Of a DNA stretch of 64,000 nucleotides, positions 1 through 12,000 are shown piece after piece. Within the stretch, counting starts at the first letter, position 1. Each line of letters opens with the position of its first letter. Source of the DNA: Azolla caroliniana (taxonomy: Eukaryota; Plantae; Polypodiophyta); assembly GCA_043228905.1 (NCBI GenBank), contig JBHGNT010000009.1:5642001-5706000 (forward strand), given 5' to 3'. A program made the position numbers and the translations under genes. The notes beneath the pieces were generated by a model. It worked only from the letters and a program-made list of their open reading frames with translations, was not told the origin of the DNA and did no database searches.

Positions 1-747
1 AGAAGACATTGGAACCGAACAAGATCCCAAATCGGATGAGGATGAGGAAGAAACGAAGGAACTAGCAATCAGAAACCAAGAATGGAAATATCCTCTCCGA
101 GAGAGAAGAGCCCCAGAAGATTTCTTCGATGAGGGTGAGCCGGAAAGCTTCGAAGAAGCAAAGAGAGACACCCACAGCCGCAAGTGATTGAGTACCATGC
201 AGGATGAGATGGATTCCCTGCGTGAGAACCACACATATGAACTAACGGAGTTGGCGAAAGGGAAGAGAGCACTCCGGAACAAGTGGGTGTACACGTTGAA
301 ACCGGGAGATGACGGAAATACACCCAGGTATAAGACCCGAATCGTGGTGAAGGGCTTCCAACAGAAGAAAGGAGTGGACTTCGATGAGATCTTTGCCCCA
401 TTAGTAAAGATGACATCCATCCAGACGATATTGGGCATAGCGGCAAACATGGACCTCGAGGTAGAGCAATTGGACGTCAAGACGGCATTCCTACATGGTG
501 ACCTCTAAGAAGAGATCTACATGCATCAAATGGAAGGATTTGAGAGGAAAGGGAAGGCGCACCTGGTGTGCCGGCTGAAGAAGAGCATATACGGACTAAA
601 GAAGGCTCCCTGGTAATGGTACCGGAAGTTCGACTCCTTCATGACCGACCAAGGGTACCACAAGACGAAGGCAGATCACCGTGTGTTTGTGAAGAAATTT
701 GATGGAGGAGATTTTCTGATACTCCTCCTATATGTAGATCATATGTT

Positions 748-1201
748 GATCGTCGGACAAGACCAAGGCAAGATTCGGATGCTCAAGAAGGCTCTGAACC
801 AGACCTTCTCAATAAAAGACTTGGGGCGGGCAAGATAGATATTGGGAATGCACATCATCCGGGACCGGTCGAAGAAGTTGTGGTTGTCACAGGAGAAGTA
901 TGTGACAAAGGTGCTTCAACGGTTCAACATGTCGGAGGCGAAACCGGTCGGATCAACATTTCCGGCAAACTGCAGATCGTCGGACAAGACCAAGGCAAGA
1001 TTCGGATGCTCAAGAAGGCTCTGAACCAGACCTTCTCAATAAAAGACTTGGGGCGGGCAAGACAGATATTGGGAATGCACATCATCCGGGACCGGTCGAA
1101 GAAGTTGTGGTTGTCACAGGAGAAGTATGTGACAAAGGTGCTTCAACGGTTCAACATGTCGGAGGCGAAACCGGTCGGATCAACATTTCTGGCAAACTGC
1201 A
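748..1201 (+). repeat. 227-bp tandem duplication inside copia RT
   Basis: 748-974 and 975-1201 nearly identical (2 C/T differences seen). Confidence 0.95.
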
Positions 1202-2001
1202 AGCTATCCGGAAAACAAAGAACGAGGACAAAGGTGGAGAAGACAGATATGATGAAGATACCATATGCCTCTGCCGTCAAGAGCTTGATGTACATGATGG
1301 TATGTACCCAACGGGATATCAAATATGGAATCGGAGTGGTGATCCGGTTCATGAGCAATCCCAGAAGAGAGCACTAGAACGCGGTCAAGTGGATACTCAG
1401 GTATCTGAAAGGCACCTCGAGTATGTGCCTCTGGTTTAGCTCTGAAAAACCCCAACTCGATGGTTGCACAGATTTGGATATGTTGGTTGATGCAGATACT
1501 AGCTAGTCGACATTTTAGATATGTCATGACTTATGCAGGAGGAGTTGTATCATGGTAGTCGAGGCTGTAGAAGACGGTTGCATTGTAAACCATGGAGGCG
1601 GAGTACATGCTAGTTGTAGAAGCCGACAAGGAGATAATCTGGATGAAGGAATTCATCAGAGAGCATGGCAGTTGTAGAAGCCAGCAAGGAGATAATCTGG
1701 ATGAAGGACTTCATCAGAGAGCTAGGGATCCAACAGGAGGAATACCGGCTCTACTGTGATAGTCAAAGTGTCATCAACCTTGCAAAGAATGCGGCCTACC
1801 ATTCCTGGACGAAACATATCCAGCAAAGGTACCATTGGATCCGGGAGAAAGTAGAAAATCAAGAGTTTGTGATGACGAAGATCCACATGGAGGAGAATGA
1901 GTCGGATATGCTGACCAAGGTGTTGACAACCAACATGCTGGACGCGTGCCTAAAGCGGATCGGGCTAACAAGTCATCCCATGCCGGAGTGAAGGGGGAGA
2001 T

Positions 2002-2547
2002 TGTTGGGAAATTGGTCTCACCAGATGGGACCCGGTGATGAATGAAGAGGACCCGGTGAGAAACGAAAGAGATTCGGAAACCGGAGGAGACCCGATGAGA
2101 ACTGGAAAAGAGACATATTTGTAAATATGTCTTGAGCAAGCCTATTGAGGCTATATTTGTAAATAGCCCTAAGTTCATATAAGTATAAACATGACTTAGG
2201 GCAATCACTTTATGTGTTGCTATTATTGTTGTTATATATTGTTGTACAGAGCGAGAGCGACTTAGAGAGAGTGTGAGATACAGAGAAATACTCTTTTGTA
2301 ACCGCCGGTTGGCGAAGAAACAGAGCTCGAGGTCATTGCCTCCATGTCTCTATTTGTACCCTTTTTTCTTCATAGTGATAGTTGGAGTCTGTGGGCTCCC
2401 GTGGTTTTCCCCATTTAGGGTTTTCCACGTAAACATCCTGTGTACTCTCTTTTGTGCATACTTCTATTCCCATTCATGTGTTGCACTCTTATCTAAGTAA
2501 TTCAAGAGTTGGTCGTGGCTGAGGAGTATTCCATGCTATTCCTCACA
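2002..2547 (+). repeat. 3' LTR of element A
   Basis: TG start after PPT, ends ...CCTCACA; similar to LTRs 12304-12792 and 16889-17415. Confidence 0.88.
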
Positions 2548-2550
2548 CGT

Positions 2551-3220
2551 TGTCGCGTTGTTACGCGCGTGCGTGTAGAAGGGGCAGGAGCACTAGGGTC
2601 TTGGACCGAGGAGCGAGCGAGAGAGAGAGAGAGAGATTCACAGACACGGAGAAGTGAGAATTAGAGATATATAACGGAACACTTAATTACAATGACAAGA
2701 GATTACAAACTCCGACGGTTACAACCGTCAAGGCGGCAATGGGCCCGACACGGGGACCCTACTCACGCACACAGGCAGAAAACACTGAACCCAGAGAAAC
2801 GCGGAAGGAAAGGCCTCTGCTGGCAGTGCACGGGCTACCCACGAAGCAGAGGCGTCGAACTCCCAAGCACCCACAGGGAATGACGGTCAGAGGAGGAGAG
2901 AGAGAGTTTGGCCCTCGGTCCTGGAGCACTTCGCCCTCCTTAACGCGCGATCCCCACTCTTCCTTCTCTCCTCTCCTTAAATAGTTCCCAAAAGGGGGTG
3001 CCCCTTTTTCCCTAGTCAAATCGCTTTATTCCCTGTCCATTCTGACAGTGATACGCACAATCCCCCTAATAACTATGTACTACTTAGTATTTACATCAGC
3101 CGATCCATTTATGAATCATGTACAAAATATCAAAATATCAATTCACGCGTCCGTCCGTGTAAGAGCCGGTCCATGCGCCCTTTTCTCCGATTCCGCCTAT
3201 GGCCGGTTTTCTTCACGACA
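2551..3220 (-). mobile_element. Solo LTR (TGTCG...CGACA), probably gypsy-type
   Basis: Terminal inverted TGTCG/CGACA; 4-bp TSD ACGT (2547-2550, 3221-3224); (GA)n tract; orientation inferred from CT tract and TATA-like site. Confidence 0.75.
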
Positions 3221-3224
3221 ACGT

Positions 3225-3905
3225 CACTGAAGTTTTTGTATAGGCTCATGTCGATGAAGCATTGTAGGTATGTCATCATCTCCCATGTCGTGGCATCGAT
3301 CTTGTCCGGTTTCTTGTCCCCGAACTATACTGATAGCCAGAGATCTTTGACCACGAGCATGTCCCTCATCTTCGACTTCCACACTGGGTAGTTGGAGCCG
3401 GTGAGCTTGAACATGCTTCTGAATGACTCTTCCATTTTCTTGTTTGCTCTGATTCCAGTTTGTGCGGAATAGCGCTCGGTCACAACCGAGACTAAAACAC
3501 TTTATGAAAGAACAAAACAGAAATTGAGGTTTGTACACTCACACAGAAGAGACAACACAGGATGTTTATGTGGAATAAACCCTAATAAGGGAAGAAATCA
3601 CGGGAGTCCACAGACTCCAACTATCACTATACAAGAAAGGAGGTACAATAGGAGACCTAGAGGCAACGACCTCGAGCTTTGTATCTTCGTCAACAAGCGG
3701 CTTCTCTTCTCTCTCTCTCTCTCTCTATGATACAGCTAACAACAACTCACTCACTAACACTCTAACACTACAAAGTGATTGCCCTAAGTCATATTTATAC
3801 TTATATGAGTTTAAGACTATTTACAAATATAGCCTTTATAGGCACACCAGAAACATATTTGCATATATGTCCCTGGATCTGATTCACACCGGATCCATCT
3901 GGATA
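3225..3905 (-). mobile_element. Copia 5' fragment (truncated LTR, PBS, gag start)
   Basis: Reverse-strand gag start homologous to 12795-13196; degenerate tRNA-iMet PBS at 3446-3457; LTR from 3461. Confidence 0.85.
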
Positions 3906-4149
3906 TCTTCCGAGAATTCTTGATTTTGTTGAAAATCTTGATTGTGCTGAAAATTACTTTGTTGGAAAGACTGATTATTTTGTTGAAAAGCTGGATTTTG
4001 CTAGAATTTATTCTGCTAAAAGGTTTGATTGTTTTGAAAATTATTCTGTTGAGCTTGTAGAAAACTATTTTGTTGGTATCTATTATTGAACGAATTCTGT
4101 TTATTGTGGTTACCCATTTTCCGAAAAAAATTGTCTTACCGGAGCTGTC

Positions 4150-4856
4150 ATTTTATTAAGCAAATTATACTCACATTGCTCGACCGAATGAAGTTTAGAA
4201 TGACATATTGTGCAATGTGTTCATAGACTACACTCGATCGTCGAATGACCAGTATTTAAACAAGTAGTACACTGAACTTCTTGTCGAAATTGTAACTCCT
4301 CCATTGTTGGTAGTGTATGATTTAGTGCTGACATATCCATACTTCGTACATATATCGGTTGCCGGTCCATAGCGATTGCTTTATCAATCACTTGCTCAAT
4401 ATTCTGATTCCGGAAATCGAACACCTTTAGTGTTGTTCGTAATCGTTCTTGAATTGCTTCAAGGAATACATCCTTCAATTCATTGTCTAGAATAGGCCTA
4501 GAAATTTGCAATTGCAAATTCTGAAAACAGATCATGAATTGAGACACCGTTTCCTGATGCTCCTGATACAACGCATAAAATTGCACTATCAAGTCTTTTT
4601 GAGGTATTTGACGATGAAATAACTGCAAAAATTTGTTGTTCAATTGTTCGAATGTTTCGAACCCACGGAGACCATTTTGCGCAAACCAATTAGCGGAATC
4701 CTCCAATGACAAAACGAACTCAACAATGTTCGACTTATCTTCGGCTGTTGCCGACAGTCTTTGAGCTCCATGGTTAATCTCCCATGTTGTCAAAAAATCC
4801 ATCACATGCGCTTCTGCATCAGCTCCCTCGCGGAACTTTGAGTATGGATAAGGCAT
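4150..4856 (-). pseudogene. Gypsy-type gag remnant with two CCHC knuckles
   Basis: ORF 4221-4856 with retrotransposon-gag-like region (QETVSQF...F..L) and CTTCLNTGHSTIEC; second knuckle CTICHSKLHSVEQC after a stop; Asn/Gln-rich repeats follow. Confidence 0.75.
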
Positions 4857-5579
4857 ATTGTCCTCACTCCAGATATCGTAAAATGATACCTCTTCCAGGT
4901 GATTTTCGTCGGAAGACTAGCTATCAGTTAAATCAGGAAGTACCGACCACCTTCTACTTGTTTCCTATTGTAAGCCCTTAGCCGATTCTGTGTCTAGCGT
5001 CTTCATAACAGAACGCATACGAGGATGTTTACAACCAACTGGTGTATTCGGACCAAACAACATCCATTCGTCTTGTTCTCTACTATGTGCAGATGTAACC
5101 GGGCGTGCCAAAATTATACTGTGTTGTTCGGTCGACACTTGCTATTTTGCCGACACAGTATAAGACGAACGTTTGTCTCGAACGTTCTATCAAGAAGTTG
5201 TGGTTAGACGAATAGATATGAAATAGTTGTAAACTTATCGGTGATAACAGACACCGAGATCGTGACTTATGTAATATAGCTTAGAAAGAAATAAACAGAT
5301 GACAAGAAGCAATCCGTACACAAAGATTTCCTAACCAAACTTTATATTACTAAATACAACGATAGATTTTTACAATGCCTTCAGTTCCTTTTATAGGTAA
5401 CCCAAAGGTCTTTTCTCATCAAGAAATCCTACTACTTATACTTAACAAGAATTACAAAACTTCATAACTAACTATGTCCTATTCGGCTATTTACTGAGTC
5501 ATCGATCCGAACTGTCAATCCGACTCCGACTCCGAACATCTTTCTGATACCGACACATTCATACTTGTTCGGATAACAA

Positions 5580-5826
5580 TACAATGCTCTCTGCCTTTGA
5601 TCATATTCGACCATGCTTTCCACATCTTTTCGATTGAGCCCAATCCTTGCACGAATTTCTCTCACAACCACAGTGTGCACTCTTGATTGCAACATTCATT
5701 GGTAAAGTCCTTGAACATCGAGAGTCGGTACTCACTTTCACACATATCACATGAAATGTAATATTTTTGGTCTCATAGGTAATATTGGAACTCCGACAAC
5801 AATAATATAATCTATTTATATATCTA
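5580..5826 (+). mobile_element. 3'-terminal fragment of the RTE/RTEX-like LINE
   Basis: Clearly homologous to 26944-27190 including the ATCT-type tail. Confidence 0.88.
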
Positions 5827-6960
5827 GGAAAGCATTATTTGCCAAACAATAGATTTAAGCCAAAAGATGGATTTTGTCCCGTGCTTGGGGGAGTCTTCGC
5901 TTTTTTTTCATTAGCAGACTTGATTACCTTTCCCCAAAATCTTGATCCGATCTATGAGTCATCAACCTTCAACCTAGAGGCAGTTGAAAAGTACATCACC
6001 TGAACATTTTTCGACTCTACGTCCTCCATCAATTTCTTCATTCCGCCTTTGCCGAAGTTGGATTTTAGGGGTTGTTAGGTCTCAGAGGAGTGGATTCTCT
6101 CATTTTGATAGAATATACGGTTTCTTTCTAACGTTTCCTTATGAATTTGACAATCCCTTTTTAGGTGCTCCATGCTATTGCACCATATGCATTGGCGGAT
6201 GAGTTCCCCTTTTTTTCCTTGATTGGGCTTCTTTTCGACACCCGAGCTTTCACCCTTCTCAAGCTTTGTGAACGTGGGTTGTAAATCCCTTGTTTCCTTT
6301 ACCAACTCATTGACAGATGACTCTGGCTCCTTTCCTTTACCAACATCCATTCAGGTTCCTAATTCTTCTTTTGGACATTCTTTGATAGTTTTCATATCCA
6401 TCCTCTATCCTTATTGTGCTCCTTCTTAGTACTTGACAAGCCTTGGGTACCTCCGCCCAATCAGACACCAAACCGATTGTGCTTGTCTTGTCCTCTAGAA
6501 GAATGGTGAGATCTTTTCTAAAAGATTTATCTACCGCTTAACGAATATATCCACCTTCTCTGATTGTAATAGTTGTTGATCACTCTCAGCAACTCTGAGA
6601 CTAAGAGTCCTTTACCCCCTTTCTCAGTCCATTTGAGACAGTTGTTCTTTGACATTCAGGTCCATTCTTCTAGCATATATTCATCAAACAATGCTTGACA
6701 AAACCCGGCTCAATCTTCACAGAATTTGTCCGACAATTCTGTTACCTTCACTCGGAGTTCAAGTGTGCAAACTTGGTTGATATGCAACACAATATGTACT
6801 CTGGTTGCCCCTGTGTTGGCCATCTCATATTCGTAGACCTCGAGGAACTGATTGACGTTGTCGTAGTGTATTTCGTACACTACGTGAAAAAGTAAAAATA
6901 ATATAACCGATTTAATTACATATAAATAAATAAAATAAGAATATCAAAACATTTATCACG

Positions 6961-7032
6961 TGCATAGGGCAAGATTCAAACCCTATACCTCCACATAGCC
7001 AAACCCCAACTTTACCATTATGCTACCTTATC
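6961..7032 (-). promoter_or_regulatory. tRNA-like A/B-box module in U3 of element B 5' LTR (copy at about 8328-8399)
   Basis: A box TAGCATAATGG (7025-7015), B box GGTTTGAATC (6982-6973), spacing 43 nt, T4 run at 6946-6949. Confidence 0.7.
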
Positions 7033-7582
7033 TTTAGTGTTCTATAAATAGATTTAATAACTATAAGTGCTTTATTTGCGCCTACCTTTATTAAAAGGTA
7101 AATCATGTATTTTTAGAGTGCGTGAATCTTTTATAGAAAAACGCAAGCAACTAAAAAGTGACTCATGCACATCTAGCGTGCATGAGCACTATATTTAACA
7201 AATAAAAGCAAGGATTAGAAAAGCATCACATGCACATTTAGTGTGCATGAACATATTAGAAAAAGCATGTAGCTATGCTTAGTCTCTCCCATCACTATAT
7301 AAGGATGGGAAGCACATTGTAGTTTTGTTGATTTTTTTTCTATAATGATCAATCAATCTAAAATATTCGTGGGATTCAGGAATTTGCTAAAATAATTCTC
7401 TCTTACTACCTAAATATTGACTAAATATACTAAACTCGTGGGATTCACGAGATTCTTATCTTATAACTCTTTATACCTATTCTTTACTAGTCTTATTTGT
7501 ATTTTTCTTCCTCCTAGTCCAAAACCTCGGCGGTTCCCACCCGACTCACACAACGATCCGTTGCCGAAAGGCACGACACATT

Positions 7583-7600
7583 TGGTGAACCCGACGTGAA
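7583..7600 (+). promoter_or_regulatory. Primer binding site complementary to tRNA-Trp 3' end
   Basis: TGGTGAACCCGACGTGAA is the reverse complement of the plant tRNA-Trp(CCA) 3' end TTCACGTCGGGTTCACCA; 4 nt after the LTR; same PBS at 62343-62360 (-). Confidence 0.85.
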
Positions 7601-9072
7601 GACGGGTGGCAAGGGGATGGAGAATCAACAAGAGGCGATGAACATGATGATGATGATGGTTGAGCGGATGCAACAAGAACAACGCGCGATGACGGAGATG
7701 AAGGCGGCAATAGAGCGGCTTGTGCGACGAAATGGGGAATTCAACAGAAATGGTGTGTCACGCTATCTACGTGACTACAAGGCGGAGATGATGCGATGTG
7801 GGATACCGGAAGGATTGCAAGTGATATCCTTCAGTCGGGTAGCCACGGATGAGTTACAAGAAAGAATCTACAAGATACGGCAACAAAATCCAACATGGGG
7901 GTCCTTTGAAGAAGCTTTACGAGAGGCATATGACTACGAGAGATCGATCGAACGAGAGCGATCCGGAAAAAAGTCAAGGTTGATGAAGACAAGAAAGAGG
8001 CCAGTAAAAGACACTACCACAAATGACAAGGGCCAAGAATATGACGAGAGAGAACAAAGAATATGGTGGATCGGATGGCGACAATGGTTCGGGTGGAAAG
8101 AATGGGTCTACTCAAAATGGAGAGACAAAGTTGACATAGCGGGACAAACGGAGGATGAAGGGGAGACAACGAGCATCGGCAACTTCGGCACATACCGGAG
8201 GATGTGCGGGTTCGGAGGGGGCGAGTGTCGTAGTGTATTTCGTACACTACATGAAAAAGTAAAAATAATATAACCGATTTAATTACATATAAATAAATAA
8301 AATAAGAATATCAAAACATTTATCACGTGCATAGGGCAAGATTCAAACCCTATACCTCCACATAGCCAAACCCCAACTTTACCATTATGCTACCTTATCT
8401 TTAGTGTTCTACAAATAGATTTAATATTACTATAAGTGCTTTATTTGCGCCTACCTTTATTAAAAGGTAAATCATGTATTTTTAGAGTGCGTGAATATTT
8501 TATAGAAAAACGCAAGCAACTAAAAAGTGACTCATGCACATCTAGCGTGCATGAGCACTATATTTAGCAAATAAAAGCAAGGATTAGAAAAGCATCACAT
8601 GCACATTTAGTGTGCATGAACATATTAGAAAAAGCATGTAGCTATGCTTAGTCTCTCCCATCACTATATAAGGATGGGAAGCACATTGTAGTTTTGTTGA
8701 TTTTTTTTCTATAATGATCAATCAATCTAAAATATTCGTGGGATTCAGGAATTTGCTAAAATAATTCTCTCTTACTACGTAAATATTGACTAAATATACT
8801 AAACTCGTGGGATTCACGAGATTCTTATCTTATAACTCTTTATACCTATTCTTTACTAGCCTTATTTGTATTTTTTTTCCTCCTAGTCCAAAACCTCGGC
8901 GGTTCCCACCCGACTCACACAACGATCCGGCGCCGAAAGGCACGACAACGTCCTCACCATTAAACTTGTCTATCCACTCGATGACCATGTGTACGGCAAG
9001 TGTTAATTCACTTTCCATCTGGTTCATCGCACTTTGCTCTTACATCGTTGTCATCAGTTTGTGTTCATTCTA

Positions 9073-12000
9073 GCAAGCTTGACACATAGCTCAAGCTTTT
9101 CTTTAGAGACTACCTTCATCAACATGTCAGCAACATTTTCATCTATGTGAATTTTCATGAGTTGTCGAAGTTGATCTTCAACTGCCTAGTGCAGCCAATG
9201 ATACCTTACATCAATATGTTTCGTACGAGAATGGTACATCGAGTTCTTGCTTAAATTTATTACACTTTGGCTATCACAAAATATCACATAAGTTAGTTGA
9301 CTTAAACCCAAATCTGAAACAAACATTTTCAACCATCGCATCTCTTTCGCAGCTTCAGTGGCTGCAATATATTCTGCTTCTGTTGTAGACAAAGCAACAC
9401 ACTTTTGCAGCTTAGATTGCCATGATACGGCTCCCCCTACAAATGTAAATAGGTAAGCCGAAGTAGAGTTTCTCCCATCAAGATCCCCTAGCATATCTGA
9501 ATCTGAAAAAGCCTTCAAGAGTTTGTTTAGAATCTCCGAAACATAAACATCATTTTGATGTACCTCTTAAATATCGAAGGATCCATTTTACGACATCCCA
9601 ATGAGACTTACCCGGATTGGAGAGATATCTACTTACAACACTAATGGCATGGGCAATAATTGGCCTTCTGCTAACCATAGCATACATCAATGAGCCAATC
9701 ACTGAAGAGTAAGGAATTGAAGACATCTCTTCTTTCTCTTGCTTGGTATGTGGACAATCTTTTCTACATAAATAAAATGGCTAGCAAGGGGGGTACTTAC
9801 TAGTTCTGCATTATGCATATTAAACCTCTCTAATACTCGTTCTATGTATTTTTCTTGAGAGACCCACAACTTTCCACATTTCCTATTACGAGTAATTTTC
9901 ATGCCTAAAATATGTTTAGCATGGTCTAGATCTTTCATGTCAAAGGCCTTAGATAGATCCAGCTTTAACTTGTTGATATTGTCTACATCTTGTCCTACAA
10001 TTAGCATATTATTGACATACAATAAGATAATTATAAAATTACCATTAGAAAAATGCCGAACATACACACAATGATCTCCATTAGTCTTGGTGTAGTTTTG
10101 ACTCACCATAAATGAGTCAAACCTTCTATATCATTGTCGCGGTGCTTGTTTTAGGCCGTAAAAACTTTTCCTCAACTTGCATACCATATGCCCCTTTCCT
10201 TTATCTTTGAAACCCTCCGGTTATTCCATGTAGATCTCTTCTTTCAAGTCTCCATGCAAGAAAGCAGTCTTTACATCAAGCTGCTCAATCTCAAGATTTA
10301 AAGTGGCTGCCAAACCTAAAACAACTCAAATAGAACTCATTTTCACAACTGGTGAGAATATTTCAGCAAAATCAATACCTTTCTTTTGACCGAAACCTTT
10401 TACAACTAAACGAGCCTTATGTTTTACAAGGTTACCATCACCTTGTTTTAACTTAAACACTCATTTATTTTTCAAAATTTTTCTTCCCTTAGGAAGTTCT
10501 ACTAAATCAAAGGTATTATTTTTCTTTAATGAGTTCATTTCGTCATGCATGGCTTTCATCCAATCATCCTTATCTTTATGGTTTAAAACATCATAATAAC
10601 TTTCAGGCTCCCCCTCGTCAAAGATCAAGACATAATCTGAACTAGGATACCTTATAGATGGTTTTCGTTCTAGGTTGTTCATTGACCACCTCTTGTAAGA
10701 AAGTTTTCTCCCCCCGTTCAAAACTTGGTTGTGGTAAAATATCATCATGATTAGTGTCAAGCCTATTATTTATAATACTTGGTTCATCAACATCCTCACG
10801 GTTTTCGTCTTATTGGGAAGCATCTCCATATGTAGCATCTTTGGTCGTAGGAATCGGGTCAAAATCAATAAGACCACCACCTATTTGAGTGTTGGATCCT
10901 TTGACCTTTTCAATATCTTCGATAGTTTCATGCTCAACAAATACCACATCACGACTTCAAATAAGCTTCCTTTCTATTGGGTCATAACATCTGTAACCAA
11001 ACTCATCTTGGCCATAACCAATAAAATTACATTCTTTAGATTTAACATCTAACTTAGACTGTTCATCTTTAGGTATATGTACAAAACATTTACACCCAAA
11101 CACACATAAATGATCATATGAAACATTCATACCATACCAAACTCTATTAGGAACATCGCCTTGCAATGCTACAGTAGGAGATAGGTTAATAACATATGCA
11201 ACGGTACTCAAAGCCTCACCCCAAAAGGATTTGGATAACTTCACATCTGAGCGCAAGCATCAAACTCTTTCAACTAGAGTTCTATTCATCCTTTCCGCCA
11301 AGCCATTTAGTTGTGGGGTTTTTGGTGGTGTCTTTTGATGCTTAATCCCATGCTCTCAACAATATGCATCGAAAGATCCACGATATTCCCCACCATTGTT
11401 GGTGTGAATGCATTTAAGCTTCTTTCCTATCTCTCTTTCTACAGAAGCATGAAATTTTTTGAACACATTAAATACTTGGTCCTTGGTTTTCAATGTTCGA
11501 ACCCAATGTTTTCTAGAATTGTCACTAATAAAAGTAACAAAATAGAGTGCATCCACCTATTGCCTTTACCTTTAAAGGACCACAAACATTTGCATGTACC
11601 AACTCAAGTACCACTTCCTTTCTTGAAGAAGAATGATGTTTGAACGAGACTCTTCTTTGCTTTCTTACCACACAATGATTGCACACGTCTAACTTCGCAT
11701 CTTTTAGACCTAGAAGCAAGTTTTTCTTTGCTAGGCAATCAAGTCCCTTCTCACTAATGTGAGACAACATTTTATGCCATAGCTCTGACATATTGTTGCT
11801 TTCAATTGCATTCACAAGATTAGTAGAGATAGAGGCTTGTAATAAATACAAACTAGAGAATTTCTTACCACGAGCTACAACCAATGAGCCCTTAGTGAGT
11901 TTCCATTGTCCCTCAATGAAGATGTTGCAATAGTCATCATCATCTAATCTGCCAATTGAGATAAGATGTAAATGAATGTCTGGTACATGTCTTACCTCCT

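Larger units (their letters stand above)
1..2547 (+). mobile_element. Ty1/copia LTR retrotransposon, 3' part (decayed RT-RNaseH, PPT, 3' LTR) [element A]
   Basis: ORF pieces with copia RT motifs (KWVYTLK, DVKTAFLHGDL, LYVDHM) and RNaseH (YCDSQSVI..KHIQQRYH); PPT AAGGGGGAGA 1991-2000; LTR starts TGTTGGG at 2002; same family as 12304-17415. Confidence 0.95.
6859..8947 (+). mobile_element. Complete non-autonomous LTR element with truncated gag (TR-GAG/TRIM-like) [element B]
   Basis: LTRs 6859-7578 and 8226-8947 (about 10 differences), TSD ACGT/ACGT, PBS 7583-7600, PPT-like GGAGGGGGCGAG before 8226, 647-bp internal region with gag-like ORF 7596-8273 and no pol. Confidence 0.93.
5830..9072 (-). 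mobile_element. Decayed gypsy-type gag region interrupted by element B
   Basis: Reading KFNGEDV|NQFLEVYEYEM rejoins across the 6859-8947 insertion; CIWCNSMEHLKRDC knuckle in ORF 6075-6350. Confidence 0.65.

Noticed and set aside
8060-8125. Trp-rich env-like motif WWIGWRQWFGWKEW
   Set aside because: Alternative frame of a Gly-rich GGSDGDNGSGGKNG sequence; no transmembrane segment
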